Below are positions 1-14,778 of a stretch of 64,000 nt of DNA, one piece after another (the stretch's first letter is position 1; each line of letters opens with the position of its first letter). Source of the stretch: Octopus sinensis (lineage: Eukaryota); NCBI RefSeq assembly GCF_006345805.1, contig NC_042998.1, positions 122,636,001-122,700,000 on the forward strand, given 5' to 3'. Under the pieces are notes generated by a model. The model searched no databases. It was not told where the DNA came from and was given only the letters and a program-made list of their open reading frames with translations. The position numbers were made by a program, and so were the translations under genes.

Positions 1-79
<79 letters not shown>

Positions 80-244
80 GGAGTTAATGAGGTAAGATTT
101 TTTAAAGAACATATGTATATATAAACAAAGAAATATGTTGAGTGTCAGGCTATCTCTATTCTCAATTCTAATTATTCTGATTTGTTTTTTTCGTAGTATA
201 TAATAAATTTCTATTTAATTAAATATATACGGATATGTGTACAT

Positions 245-275
<31 letters not shown>

Positions 276-588
276 AATAACGATCTCAATGTAAGCGTTT
301 CTACACATGGTTTTATTCGCATACATAGAAGGGAAAAAATGGATACAAATTAAATACACAGAAATAAATTTGAATAAGTGTTGCATACAGTTACTGGGAT
401 GTGTTCAGAAATAGACAGACGTATAAAAAGTATAGAAACACGCATATGCATATATATGTATAATTGTGTATTATGTAAATATCGCAAGTGTACATGTATG
501 TATGTTGTGTATATGTATGTATATGTATGCGTGTTTATATGTATGTATATGTATGTGTGTATAAATGTATGTATATGTATGTGTATCC

Positions 589-1223
<635 letters not shown>

Positions 1224-1463
1224 AACTATCGATCTAATTTGCCCCTCAGGACGTCCCAAATGAAGATAAATACAAGTATAAGTTATTACTTCTTACATAG
1301 GTTTCACTTCTGCAGATATTTTGAACTCAGCGTTTGATGCTCCAAGTGCATTTGGATGCCTAATCGCATTGGATCATCTGGGGAACACTTAACGGCATTT
1401 TGTTACAGTTAGTATGAAAGACCTAGATCTCTAATATTTTATACTCGTCTCTATCGTAATCTT

Positions 1464-1467
<4 letters not shown>

Positions 1468-1506
<39 letters not shown>

Positions 1507-1545
1507 ATATGTACAAACACACACACACGCGCACACACACACACA

Positions 1546-1576
<31 letters not shown>

Positions 1577-1617
1577 CATACACACACATACACACACGCA
1601 CACACACACGCACACAC

Positions 1618-1650
<33 letters not shown>
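1468..1650. repeat. (TA)n-(CA)n compound microsatellite
   Basis: Directly visible. Confidence 0.95.
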
Positions 1651-1654
<4 letters not shown>

Positions 1655-1704
1655 GAGACGTCTACGAAACTTTGTTACATGTAGCCGAAGTGAACCGTTT
1701 ATAT

Positions 1705-1792
1705 AATTATAATAATAACGATGATGATGATGATGATGATAATAATAATAATGATAATAATAACAATAATAATAATAATAATGATAATAATG

Positions 1793-1829
<37 letters not shown>

Positions 1830-1846
1830 TAATAAAAATAATAACA

Positions 1847-1877
<31 letters not shown>

Positions 1878-1894
1878 TAGTAATAGTAATAGTA

Positions 1895-1929
<35 letters not shown>

Positions 1930-1930
1930 C

Positions 1931-1983
<53 letters not shown>

Positions 1984-2010
1984 CATAATAATAATAATAA
2001 TAATAGTAAT
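1705..2010. repeat. ~300 bp (GAT)/(AAT)n array
   Basis: Directly visible; source of poly-Asn/poly-Ile ORFs. Confidence 0.97.
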
Positions 2011-2014
2011 AAAT

Positions 2015-2360
2015 GCAATGGCTCTCATGGCTTATCTTAACTGATTGGAAGTGTTAGCATGCACATTGCTTTGTTCTGGTATCAATAAAGGGCTACAGCA
2101 AATAATCTGCTCAATACCACAGATTTGCTTGTTAGTTGTTTGGTCTTAACCAATTCAGCATGTCCCTTAGTGACTGCCGATATCTGCATCTCTGATCACG
2201 AGCAGAAGTAGTGGGGAGCATCATAGCCATGTGTTGAGAAGAATTCCTTGGGGTTTGGATAATTCACCTTGTGGAAACGTGGGTGTTTCGTTCAACACTC
2301 TCAGACGACCCTTATTCAGGGACCTTTTGAGCGAGATGCACTATTCGACCTGAAGAAAAT
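2015..2360 (+). mobile_element. (AAT)n-associated non-coding interspersed repeat, copy 1
   Basis: Aligns by eye with 43217-43377 and 60011-60460 (ctgctcaataccacagatttgc, cacgagcagaagtagtgggg(g)agcatcatagc, gaccttttgagcg); starts right after the (AAT)n array. Confidence 0.8.
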
Positions 2361-3380
2361 GAATGGTTTTGAAGAACAACGTGTTTTTGTGAAAAACTGT
2401 TTAAAATAGTGAAAACTTTTACGGGGAATTTCTACAGTTCTATCAAACATATGGGTAGGATTATTGTACGCAATGCCCTGCGTAGTACTAGTGTTTCAAG
2501 TCGAAAGGAACATCCATCAATGTTGGTATGAAATCTGGACGGCCTTCCACGAAAACGGACGCCAATCACTCGGCAGAAGTGTGTGCTATGCTTCATGAAA
2601 ATTAAATACCTAAACGTTCGTGCCACATAATTTTAAAAGAAGAATTGAAAATGCATCGTGTTGCCACAAAATTTGTGCCATCTTTGTTGGCATTAACCAA
2701 AGGAGAACCATCTTACAATCAATCAGGGGTGTTTGCTCTTTCGGATATTGATGTAAACTTTCTGAAAATGTCATAACACATGATGAAGCTACAGTGTACG
2801 ATTTCGAATATTGAGACTAAGTAGTAGTAGCATAAAGTTGGACTATCGTCGCTGCGATCAGAAAGAAAGCACTATAGAGTTACCTGAATGTGACGGCCAT
2901 ATTTATTGTCATTTTCATTTGGAAGGCCGAATTTCATCATTTTTTTCTATTTTGTCAGACACCCAATAAAACTTTTTACTTGGATGTCTTGAGACATTTG
3001 GAAAATAGCAGTTGAACGAAAGAAGTCTGAGAAATTATTCGAACCAAACGTGGATGCTGAGTCCCGTATAACATAGTTATTCTTTTGTCTCATGCAGTCG
3101 CAGCCGTTCTAATCTCCATATTAGTCCTCTGCGTATATTCGTTTTGTCTTCAAAGTGTAAATCCACCCGTTTTAATCACGGATTTCACGTAATAGGAGAG
3201 ATGAAACAAAATTTGCTACGAGATATAGGCACTGCTCTTATAAATGCGTTCCAGGACGCGCTTCAAAGCTGGAAAACATTGAGAAATGTGCATCAAAAAT
3301 GCAGAGATTATGTTAATCATATTGTAAGTAAAACTATATATTATAAAAAAGTAATTTTGTCTTCTTATGAACAGACTCTA
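2359..3380 (+). mobile_element. Decayed Tc1/mariner (mariner-like) transposon, transposase pseudogene
   Basis: Cross-frame translation: M..FEEQRVFVK, FKSKGTSINVGMKSGRPST, HIILKEELKMHRVATKFVP, NVITHDE (ITGDE-like first Asp), C-terminal AFQDALQSWK..KCRDY; TIR-like ttatgaacagactc|ta end at ~3380; many stops and frameshifts. Confidence 0.75.
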
Positions 3381-3470
3381 TACATACATACATACATACA
3401 TACATACATACATACATACATACATACATACATACATACATACATACATACATACAACATACATACATAT
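3381..3470. repeat. (TACA)n array
   Basis: Directly visible. Confidence 0.95.
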
Positions 3471-3731
3471 GTTACAGTTCCTGCGCATTTCTGCACATCA
3501 TCAGTTACAGCATAATGACAGGGTAATTGTTGTTTTCTTTCAGTTGACAATGCTAACTGACGACAATGTGTTGTTAAACAGTCTCATCTGTATACCTTCA
3601 TTTGGGTACTTATGCATAGTTTTTAAATTGCATAATGTGTAGGAGTGATCAGCATTATCAGGTACACTTTTGAAAGTAGATGGTTTTAAGAAATACGAAT
3701 GAGTTTCTGGTGTTACTATTATCCATAAACA

Positions 3732-3795
3732 AGGCGAGGAGCTGGCAGAATCGTTGGCACGCCGGGCAAAATAATTAGTGGCATTTCGTCCGTTC
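3732..3795 (+). mobile_element. SINE-A head fragment
   Basis: gagctggcagaatcgttggcacgccgggcaaaat matches the SINE-A 5' end. Confidence 0.7.
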
Positions 3796-4275
3796 AGAAT
3801 TGTAGCCATGGGTCAAACGACGAAGAATGAACACTTCGACAACACTAGTGAATTACTAGGTTCAATATTATCCATACTTCCTAGGCCTTACGTTGAAGCT
3901 CAAAAATCATTATCTTTATCATTATCATCATTATAACCAGAATCGTTAGCATTGTAATCAGAATAAATTTAATGTCGATTTTAACAATCAAAATAGTTGA
4001 TTTACATCTCAGATATTCGTTTCAAGATATGTTGATATATCCAATACTGTTTTTTCCTTCAAATAACCCTCTCGTACAGCACATATTTATCATCACACGC
4101 ATAAATATACCCACATAATACGTACACACAGGCACACATTTATATATATATATATGTATGTGTATATATATACATACATACACACACACACGCACGTATA
4201 TACAGGCAAATATGTATATATATGTATAAATATGTATATATATATGTATATATGTATGTATATATATAAATATAC

Positions 4276-4308
<33 letters not shown>

Positions 4309-4916
4309 TCATTGCAGACGACTGGAAAACAAGTAGATTGATATTCAAATTAAAAAAATATAAATTGACGATGTAGTGATGTAGAAAGTGAAGGAACAAG
4401 GAAGGATACGTCGACACGAGGCCAGAAGGTATGGAAGATTATGAAATGAAGGTAAAAAAAGATGTCTAAGTGTGAAAGAGTTTAAATATATCAGCGTGGG
4501 TAATGTGCGTAAACGTCTATGCGTACGAGTATTTTTGTACGCTATGTGTATATGTATAGGTTGTGTGCATATGTGTATGTGTCTGTGTATGTATATTTAT
4601 GTATGCATGTATGTATGTAAGTTCACATTACTTTCGATGTTATATTTGCAAAGTTCTTTAATTTTCTTATTTATTTTCTTATTTATTTGTACAATTCATA
4701 ATTTTTTTTTTCCAATTCATTTCTGTCTGATTTAACTTCTGATAAAAATCAAACATATTAATTAAACATAACCTGGAAACAAAAAAATGTAATAACAAAA
4801 TGAAAAATAGTAAAGAAAAATAAAAAAAATAATGCAAAATTCAAGCAAAATGAAAAATCAAACATTCTGATATTCGATGAACAACGTAGACACATAGGCA
4901 CAAAAACTCATTGCTA

Positions 4917-4929
4917 CATACATACATAA

Positions 4930-4960
<31 letters not shown>

Positions 4961-5034
4961 CATACATACATACATACATACATACATACATACATACATA
5001 CATACATACATACATACATACATACATACATACA

Positions 5035-5095
<61 letters not shown>

Positions 5096-5110
5096 TATAT
5101 ATATATACAT
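4917..5110. repeat. (TACA)n + (TA)n array
   Basis: Directly visible. Confidence 0.95.
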
Positions 5111-5724
5111 ACATATACATAGGTACACCATATATGTAGACATATATACTGTGCGTATACACACACACACATACTCACATAGACATATTTTCTATGGTGA
5201 GCGGCCGAAATTAAACGACCGTTTCTTTGAGTTATCGAAATTTTTACCACGGGTTGCTTATACTGTTTCCGATAATAGCCATGAAAATGCCCTTCATTAT
5301 CTAGCGCTAAAGGTATTGTTTTAAAAATATAAGGGGAAAATTCGGAATCTGAGAAAACTTGTAATGGGTTACTTGGCTAACAGCCACTCACTATAAAGTT
5401 CGGAAGATGTTAAACTTAACTTGCCCTCAGGAGTGTAGCATATAACGATTTGATGCTCGGGTATTTTGTATTTTAAATCAAAAATGATGACCAAATATTG
5501 AGGTTGAGTGATAGATATGGTGTAAATTTGGATCGCCAATTAAAAGTGTAGCGAGAGAGGCAAAAGATAGGTTTGGATGTTGGACAAAATTGTCTGTACA
5601 CCCGATATATATATGAAGACCTTTGTTCCTGGTATCATGATTATATTTAGCATATGTTGTGTTGCCAACTCCCTTGTGAATTCATGTTCAGCTTATGAAT
5701 ACGGATCGTTAGCTTATTTATACC

Positions 5725-5905
5725 TAGCATTGTCTCAGGCCACACATTTTGAAATGGATACAGTCGATCAAATCAAAATGTGGTACTTCAGTAGTTATAT
5801 ATTTTATTGACCCTGAAATTAATTGCAAATTTGATTGCGGCTAGATTTGAAATCAGTACGTAAAGGGCCAGAATTAAATATTATCAGGCATTTTGCCCGA
5901 AGCTC
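5725..5905 (-). mobile_element. Old SINE-A copy
   Basis: Degenerate match to reverse complement of SINE-A core and head. Confidence 0.5.
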
Positions 5906-5999
5906 CAACTTGTTATCTACCATTCTCCATACAATATAAATCACTATATAGAGAGACAATACGTTTTAGAATCAATAGCACGACGAACAAAATTTATTG

Positions 6000-6130
6000 T
6001 GACGTTTTAGCGACGCTCTTATATATTCTAAATTCATATCCCATCGAGGTTGACGTTTCTCATCCTTCTGATGTCTATGAGGTAAGTACCAGTCAAGTAT
6101 GAGGATATCGGAATAGATTATACCCTTTGC
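6000..6130 (+). mobile_element. Old SINE-A copy
   Basis: ttctaaattcatatcccatcgaggttgacg...catccttctg...taagtaccagtcaagt resembles B-box plus core. Confidence 0.55.
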
Positions 6131-6169
6131 TAAAACTTATGCTCTTGTGCGTGTATTAGTACTTAGCTT

Positions 6170-7100
6170 TAATAGGCTTAAAGCCGAACTTATATGTTTG
6201 TTTCTGTATGTGTAAACTTCTCACCAGTTCACCGGTGGTCCTAAGATATTTTACAAGTATTTCATCTGCATTTCCTCGATAGACTAAATTAACGTAAGTA
6301 GTTGCGTTTTAATTTCATTGTTGGTTTTATTTCTAGTTTTTATTCAGTATTTATTTTGCCAATCAGTTCCGAAGCTTTTATCTTCATTAGTTGTTAGATT
6401 CTTATTTTCCTAATTTATTGTAGATTGCTATGTATATATCATAGTGTTTCATGGGAAGACAGTATCTCTAGGGCGTTCTCAAGCAGTTAAGAATGATGAG
6501 GTTAATGTCCTCAGTTTACAAAGTCTACATTTCTAGTCAGTCAATGATTGTTATCTTTTCTAATAGAAGTTACATAGTCTTTATTGGTTTACTATCATAT
6601 TGTTTCATTGAATTGTATACGCCAAGCTCTTCATGAAATATACCCCATCCATGACTGTGAATTTTGTCTCTAGTAATTGTGTACCGTCTTCCCAGTAAAC
6701 TGGTCTGTGATCTATTTTTGTTTTCGTTGTTGTTATACTCCCTGAATACTCCCTGAAGAGAAGTAAGTCTTAATTTTCATGTTGTTCCTCGAGTTCGTTA
6801 ACTTTGCTTAAAATGTTAAAACGTCCATGTACTTATGCGAGATATTGTTGAACTCTTCTCTACTAAAGATGTTGTTTCAGTGTTATAATATGGTACCTGC
6901 ATGATGTTATAACAGATTAAAGTCCCAACCGCGCGGGAAATATAATCGTCTACATAATTATGGATGCTAAAATTTTCAATAATACTGAGCAATATCCGAG
7001 TTCTTACTAATTTTTCAAATAAAGTTAGAAATCAAGATAAACACTGAAACTTTGTTTTGTGTATGATGTGCGTGTATGCTGAGAGTCCAAATAAATATTT
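6170..7100 (-). pseudogene. Highly decayed RTE-like LINE reverse transcriptase
   Basis: Ordered RT-motif remnants on minus strand: FEKLVRTRIL (~6990-7018), TLKQ.L.EK..EFN, FTVMDGV (GVRQG-like), NADEILV (YADD-like, 6258-6272) then ..KFGFK.I; clade assignment tentative. Confidence 0.55.
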
Positions 7101-7807
7101 TGTTTTTATTCTTTCGTAGGTATCCTTTTCTTATCCTCTGCTTGCTAATGAGTCTATAACATCTAACACTCTCATTCATCTTGTTCACACATTTGTATCG
7201 TGAGGTTGATTTGGATGAATATTTACTGAAATTGTTATTCATTCATTCATGAATAAATCCACGGTCGAAAGTGTTCTAAATGCGATAATCTCGTTGTTTT
7301 TCTTTTTCAAATAGTTTAGCGAGGAGTATATTATTATTTTTAAAAGACGTTAGAGTATCACATGAGTGAGAGATGTTCAATATTTCTAGCTGATTAAACG
7401 ATGACAGTGGCTTTCTCACTGGCGTTGAAGCGGTATTCGTGCGAAAATATGTGCATATTGTGTTTTGGCTATAATGTCACAACATTTCATTCATGTCTGG
7501 TATAATGGTTTCACGTTTGTTTTCAGTGTACAATACTACTTGTGAAAAACGAAAGATTCTTGTTTCACATTTTGAAATATTCATTTAGTGTCTTTTCTTA
7601 ATTTGTTCTATTTTTCCTGTGGAATAAAACATGCCTGAGGCTTCTCTTTGAAATATTTAAGGAATCTTCATCATGTAGTAGCGTATTAGTAAAAAAGAAA
7701 TTTTAGCTATATCATGGGGCGAATTTCATATATTTCCGGAGAAGCAGTAGCTTTCAAACCTACAATGTCACAAGAGTATGATATAAATATGCTGTCTTCT
7801 TATATCG

Positions 7808-8123
7808 AAGGTGCATGGCTCAGTGATTAGAGCGTCGGGCTCCCAGTCATGAAGTAAGAAGTTCGTTTCCGGGACCGGGCTGTATGTTGAATTCTTGAGC
7901 AAGACACTTTATCTCATGTTCCCCCAGTTCACTCAGCTGTAGAAATGAGTTGCAACGTTACTAGTGCCAAACTGTACCGGCGTTTCCCGTTCCCTTGGAT
8001 AACACCGGTGGCAAGGAGAGGGGAAGCTGGTATGTATGTGCTACTGTTGGTCTTCCATAAACACCTTGGAGGTAAACTTTCTAGGTGCAATCCCATGGTC
8101 ATTCATAACCGAAGAGGCTCTTA
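7808..8123 (+). mobile_element. tRNA-derived SINE, family C
   Basis: A-box-like tggctcagtgattag, B-box-like gttcgtttcc, then ttcttgagcaagacacttt...ccagttcactcagctgtagaaatgagt central domain. Confidence 0.75.
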
Positions 8124-9099
8124 ACTGACTTACTAAATCAACGAAAAGTTAGCTTGTCGTTATGATACCCGTTTTCCTTTCATCCCCAGGCTGTAGAAGA
8201 ATTTGTACACTGTGATTGAACTGAATAGTTAGTAAGTCCGTACCTACGGCTGAATTGATCTAAAGTGGAAATTGAACTCAGTGCGTATAGGTATAAGAGG
8301 TAAATCTGAAAGGACTCAGTCTAGCTCCTTACTTTCTTCTCCTGGTCTTACATTCAACTCACGCATACACACATACGCATACACAAACATCTACAAATAT
8401 ATATATCATCTCTAGTATCTGAAAATAAAATACACCTGCTGATTGTAATACAAACATTTGCAGATTAAAAATCAATCAAACGTGCTAGACATAACTCTTT
8501 GCCCCATAATTGATATATATTTTATAATGAAACTCTAAGCTTTCCTATTGTTAAATCTGAAGCAAACAGAATGACATAAGATTCCAGGAGAAATTCAGTG
8601 ACACGAAGAAAGAAAAATTAGAAACCCTTTTTTCAACCTCAGTTGCAAATATATGAAATTATCTGAATGTAGTTAGATGTTAAAATAGATTTATTGATTA
8701 AATTCAAACTTTGTTTCCATGAAGAAAGTTGTATTTTTATGTTAGAAATTGTCTAAAGTTATTATGTTTTTTGAGTCTTTGGAGGAAATTATTTGTTAGA
8801 TCTTATAATAAAATTCTAACAACAAAGATATTTAACATAAAATAAAAATATTACCCTGCGTTATAAAAAAAAGTTAAAACAAACCAAAAACAAATAGATT
8901 CATAGATAAATAGTTGTCGAAAAAATAAAATAAACATTTGCTTATCTTAAATTTGGCCAAAATATCTCATGTAAACGATGTATTATCAATCCTTAGCTAC
9001 ACAGTATAGTGAAATTGAGTAAAGTAAGTTTAATCTAAATTTGAAATTACAAATGTTTTTCTTTCAGACACAAAGCGATATTTTAAAGGAAGAACATTG

Positions 9100-9240
9100 T
9101 AGATTTTATCGATTCCAGTACATTATTGCTATTTATTTATCAAATGGTAAGAGATGAAAAAAGACAAAGTCAATTCCGGAATGTTTTCAGCTCACAAAGT
9201 AGAAGAGCGAATCTAAATACCGTACTTCGTTAGTCCGACG
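9100..9240 (-). mobile_element. Old SINE-A copy
   Basis: Degenerate atcgattccagtac...gatgaaa..caaagtcaa..aaataccg. Confidence 0.5.
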
Positions 9241-10529
9241 TTACTGTCTCAGTTTCTTTTTACCGCTATATATTTGATCTATCCGTTTCTTTATGTCTTG
9301 GCAAAAATATCATATATTTTTAAAGAGAGGATAGAAATAGAATTTTATTCTTTTTAGCAAGAGTATTTACAGCAGAAGTAAAGTGAACTTGCATTGATCA
9401 GAACTAAGAACTGAATCACAGGCTCGGTTTGTGATAGTATAAATTCAATATTAATTCTGTCTCTCTTCTGCAAATATAGAAATTTTTCCTTAGAAAAGGT
9501 GTGGTCAATAGATACAGTCTACCTACCCTGCTGCTACTTATCATCTCTTTAGGGAATTTTCTTGTATAATTTGAACATAAAAGGTGGTGGAATATATCTG
9601 TTGTAGATAATATAGTCAAGTGTTCTACTATTCCTCCTAAGTTCATATTTTTAGGGAGGTCGAAATGTAGCGTAACCTTTGACATCATTTCTACACACTG
9701 AATGCAAATTTTATTAGTGTCAACGTTGCCTTTCAAGATACTACGTGTATCTGGTATAAAGTCAAATCAAACAACCTGCAAATTTGTTATTCTATGACAA
9801 TGTGAGAAACCGATATTTAAAGAGAGAAAGGGTGATTAGTAGAAGAAATTCTGGAGGGCCAAAAAAAAATACCTCGGGATATTGAGTTACGCTATTTTCT
9901 ATTTCAAATCAGCTCTAACCAAGGTTAATTTTGGTTATCAGCCCTGAATAAAATAGTACCAATAATATGTCGAGTCGATTTAATCTAACGTGCCCTCTTG
10001 TGTAAATCTTGCACCAAAATAAAAACTTAATTGAAAGATCACGAGTTAGTTAGTGGACTTCCATACGGAGCACTCGGCCTGTTGAGGAAGCAGGACAAAC
10101 TGCATAAGGTAATCCTAAACATATTGAGAATAAGAAAAAACAAAGATGATCATGATTACGTATGCTCACTTGATGTTTCATAATAACAAATATTACAGAA
10201 AGTAGTATACCTCTCTCACTTTGTTTTCATCCGCTATGAGGTAAATGGATCGATTTATTATTCAAAACTTTGCTCTGAATACATTATAATTTTTAGTTAG
10301 TAGCATAGCTTAAGTCATACACTTATCAGGTCGACTCTCTGCAGCCAATTCGACACAAAATCTCCTTTTACAACATCTTATTTTTATTTTTCAGGCAAAA
10401 TATTACTTTTTTCGACAAAAAGGGATCTCTTTTACTGCATTGCGTGAATTAACAGTCAATTCTCCCCCAATGTTAAATATTACCGTCTTAAGTGAGTACA
10501 CATTGGATTTAGGAGACGTAAAGGTGGCT

Positions 10530-10712
10530 GGATAGAGAAACGCTAGATGGAATTCACCATCTTGATAAAAAGGAAAAGGCAGGATACATTGAATAATGTA
10601 GTCTTAGATATATAATGTGTGACTAAAATACAAGATGGCCACGTTTAGGACGTTGGAAAGCTTTTGAACATAGATCTGTCCAATTAAAGCTGACTTGAAG
10701 CTAAAGGCTAAG
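10530..10712 (-). mobile_element. Interspersed repeat family D (other copies 11770-11850 +, 40670-40870 +)
   Basis: Shared tttagc..ca.gtcag...taat.g.a.agatct and atcta.ractacattat.ca blocks among three loci. Confidence 0.55.
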
Positions 10713-12694
10713 AACATTTGTAGCAATATCACACTTTCTTCCCGGCCAATAAAGACCAATATTGTATTATAATGTTTCCCTCTCAGCTGAGTTCATGGTT
10801 AAGTTTCGATTAATGTTTGAATAAAAGGTTCTCACTGGGAAATCTAACTTCAGTTTTGAAATAGCAGACATTTAATTCAATATTCAACGTGACCTGTTCG
10901 ATCATATAAGTGTATTTTCTCTACTTTTATATTCTTGACATAGGTGTTAAAGTATTGAAATATAGATTTCTAAAATATCCTCAGTTCTATTTTGAAATGC
11001 GGGGATAGTGATGGAAGTCGATCGAGATCGACTCCCAGGAGCTAACTGTTACTTATTGCATTGTCACCGGAAGTAGAAAAAGCAACGTCAAGTTATCAGA
11101 AGCATTTGAAATGAGGGCATGGTAATATTGAAATGAAACACGGTAATATTAATTAAAACTTTTGCAGAAACAGTTGAATTACGGAAGAAACGCCTTGTCA
11201 TTTTCAATTGTGTACTTTCATGCTCTGAATTCAATTCTTATCAAGGTTAACTTTACCGTTCTTTCCTACAGGATCAGTAACATATATACTAGTCGAATAC
11301 TAAGTCATTTTCATCGATTATAACATTTCCCAAGTCTGAGACTTTGTGCCTATTAATAAACTTATTCTACCAAAAGTATCAATGGCATAGCATTTTGCTA
11401 AACAATGATTTTCTATATTTATTAAAACACTTTCTTTGTACACATAACATGCAATTACTTGGTTGAAATGATAAGATATCCATCGGTGTAAGCGTATAAC
11501 ACTGTAACTATTGGTCAGAAATCAAGTAGGATATTGGTCAGTTGATTTCCTGCGCTTAATGTTTCACATATACGGTCTGCTTTTTATTTTATTTTTCAGG
11601 AATAACCACTGATGTTACTTAGCTCCACTATTAGTAAATCACCCAGACGAGAATTATATTACATTTTTGGGCTGAATTCCTCAATTGAGGAAAAGTTTCA
11701 ATTTTCATCCTAGGATTGATTTCCCATGATACACCAGTTATTTTTATTTTTTACTTTTAGTATTCTTGCTTTTAGCCCCAGGTCAGACATAATCGAATAG
11801 ATCTCTTATCCAAGGTGTTCTATTTACGACCACACCATCTTTTTTATTAAAAAACACTCTATATAGGACAGTATTAGCCAAAGTGCATTTTAAATGGTAG
11901 TGAGTAATTTGAGTGACGCAGATTCAACTGCTATTTCTATCCATTGAATGATCATATAGAGTTCCCCGAATCTTGCCAACGCAGTGAATACGGATTTACT
12001 CAACCTCCTTAGAAATATACTTAGATTCATTAAGTTTCCTCTCAATTTCGTCCATTTCCTATCTTTGCAAAATTTCACTTGGTATCAATCAGAGGGAAAA
12101 CTTAGCTTCAGGTTTTTAATATGCCTTATGGATTTCTATTAATTATACTTAATTTTGTTGCCATTTTACTTTAATATAGGTACATAGGATTTTGTTTCAT
12201 TAAAAATAATTATTTTATCGTTTTATGGTATTTTCAATATTTCACTGAATGTTCTTTCTGGATATTTTTGAGTAGCTGTTGTATATTTATTTTGAAAAAC
12301 ATTGACTTTTTATATATTGAATGCGATCATCTTCCCCTGCTATGCAAAGAAATAATTTATGATTATATGTTTCTAAGGAGGTGGATTCAAAATGACGTTA
12401 TTTATATATTTTATTAACTTAGTTTCTACTTATTTCCTTTTTCTACTCCCACTCTTCTTTTTTCTTCGTTATCTTCAATGTATGGTCCTATGCTTATGTA
12501 ATAAATCATTATTATAGAGGAGAATCGTTAGAGCATCTAGAAAAATAATTTGCTGTATTTGTTCGAGCTCTGTACATGTTGAGTTCAAATCTCGCTTTGG
12601 TCTATTTTGCCTTTCGTCCTTCCACAATAAAATAAAGCACTATCCAAGTACGGATGGTCGATGTATTTAACTTCTCTTCAATATTACTGGCCTT

Positions 12695-12900
12695 GTAAGG
12701 CGGCGTTTTGGTAGAGTTGTTAGCTTAGCGGTATTTTGTCCGTCTTAGCGTTATGAGTTTAAATTCCACCGAGGTCGACTTTGGCTTTCATCCTTTGAGG
12801 GTCGATAAAATATCTACCACTTGAGCACTGGAGTCGATTAAATCGACTTACTCTCTGCCCCGGAAGTTTTGTTCGTGTGCCAAAATTTTAAACAATAACA
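12695..12900 (+). mobile_element. SINE-A, tail-1 type
   Basis: ttagcggtattttgtcc, gagtttaaattccaccgaggtcgacttt...gtcgataaaat, gtgccaaaatttt tail. Confidence 0.8.
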
Positions 12901-13091
12901 GGACTTGTGCTTAAATAAGGAATTATTAGAATGTCTAGCAAAATACGTTGCTGCATTTAGTTAAGTCGACTTAGTACTTCTTTTTCCAGAGTCAATAAAA
13001 CAAATTTCATTCGTGTGCGGTGCTCTATATAATCGACTGTTCCCTTACAACAAAATTCTGTAAACTTACCCTTTGATAATAGATTCTGATT

Positions 13092-13275
13092 TAGGTACAA
13101 GGCTAGCAGTTTTTGAAGAAAGTGGGATTAGTCGATACCATGAACCCCAGTTTTTGACTCCTACTTTATTTTTTGACACCGAAAGCATGATTGATCTTGA
13201 CGAGATTGAAGTGCAGAAGAAATACTCCAAAGTATTTCTTCCGCTACCATAATGATTCTGCCAACTCGTCGCCTC
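13092..13275 (-). mobile_element. Old SINE-A copy
   Basis: ggtacaaggc tail to gattctgccaactcgtcgcc head. Confidence 0.65.
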
Positions 13276-14250
13276 TGCCTCTTTCCTTATTAGATTTGGG
13301 GAGATTTTAAAATAACTGTGCTTACTGCTGTTATTACCGTTATTCATGATTAGTTTAGGTTCGGATCAGCTATGTGATTTGTGATCGGAACAAAGGTGTA
13401 ACATCCGTAACCATCAGGTATATTTTATATATCAGGGATGATATTATTTAATGTTTTCCTTCTTGATTAAGGCAGGCGGATGTGGTTAGGCGGAAATCTT
13501 GTTATTTCTAGTAATCGAGAGGTCATGCTGATGACCTGTCGATTGTTCATGATTAAGGTGTGTATCATCTGTTATATCAGCTATATCACTTGTGATACCA
13601 AACACACGCAACTCGTGAATTTTAAAACGAACAAAACAACCAACAACAGAGGGCAATAAATAGTAAAGCAAAATTAAAAGAAGGAATAAAAACAAATATT
13701 TCTCTTTAAGAATTTTTTCAAAATTGCTTCACGTTTTAAGAGAGCATCAGAAAAAGTTGCCACTCCTTCAACAGAGGAACATTACAAACAAAAAATATAA
13801 AAAAAAGTAACGAAAGCTTTATTTATTTATGTGTTTATTTATCTATTTATTTCTTTACATCTGCAATACTTTATTTCAATAATTTCTTTTAACGAATGAC
13901 AAAATGCTAGCTCAGTAATAATAGATCTTGCCTTTCAGGAACAAACAGTATTTTCAAAAATGGTTTTCAGTTTCTTCTTGTCTTCCCAGCATGCATTGTG
14001 CATTGTAAGCTTTCCAAAAAAAAAAAAGAATTTAAAAATGTAAAAAGTAAAAAATCAAAAAGAAAAAGAAAAAAGCATTGCGCATTTGGAAGTTGTGGCT
14101 TCAAGGGTAAGAAGTATGTGTAAGTCAACTGGAGTGGTTGCCATGTCAAAACTGGTAATTAACCATTAAAACTAAGAACTAACAACGCAACAATGGCACG
14201 AGTCGACATGATAAACAAATGTATGTACATATGCTTATATGCATGTACCC

Positions 14251-14254
<4 letters not shown>

Positions 14255-14283
<29 letters not shown>

Positions 14284-14466
14284 TGTATGTATGTATGTAT
14301 GCATGTAAGTATGGCATGCATATATGTATACATGTATGTATGTATATTTGTACATCGACACGTGTAATTTGTTTGTGAACATATGTATGCGTGAAAGCTT
14401 ATATATAGATGCAGGTTTCAATATATGTCAATATATGTATATATTCCAGTATATGTGCACTGATAT

Positions 14467-14530
<64 letters not shown>

Positions 14531-14735
14531 AAGAAGTTTGAAAACGTCACTATATAAGATAAATTTTAATTTTCTGAGAGATTTTACATGTTTCAGTTCT
14601 TGAAAAAAACAAACCTTATCAAAAATATATATATATACGTACACGCATACACATATGTATATATAAAATATATACATATATCAGTATATGTGTATGTGTG
14701 TATATATACATATGAATCTATACATATATATATAT

Positions 14736-14778
<43 letters not shown>

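Noticed and set aside
6011-6087. Consensus donor GAG|GTAAGT at 6082
   Set aside because: Derives from the SINE core (taagtacc).
6945-6956. YVDD on the minus strand as an RT active site
   Set aside because: Lies upstream in the RT domain-2 region; the collinear catalytic remnant is NADE at 6258-6272.
7808-7880. tRNA genes at A/B-box motifs (also 18023, 38030)
   Set aside because: No closed cloverleaf or acceptor stem; each continues into a SINE body.
9068-9146. Apparent 79 nt exon (ttcag| ... |gtaaga) with an open frame
   Set aside because: Most of it is a decayed antisense SINE-A; no homology to a known protein.
9416-9736. 106 aa minus-strand ORF with non-repetitive composition
   Set aside because: No motif recognised in any frame and no splice or repeat context to support it.
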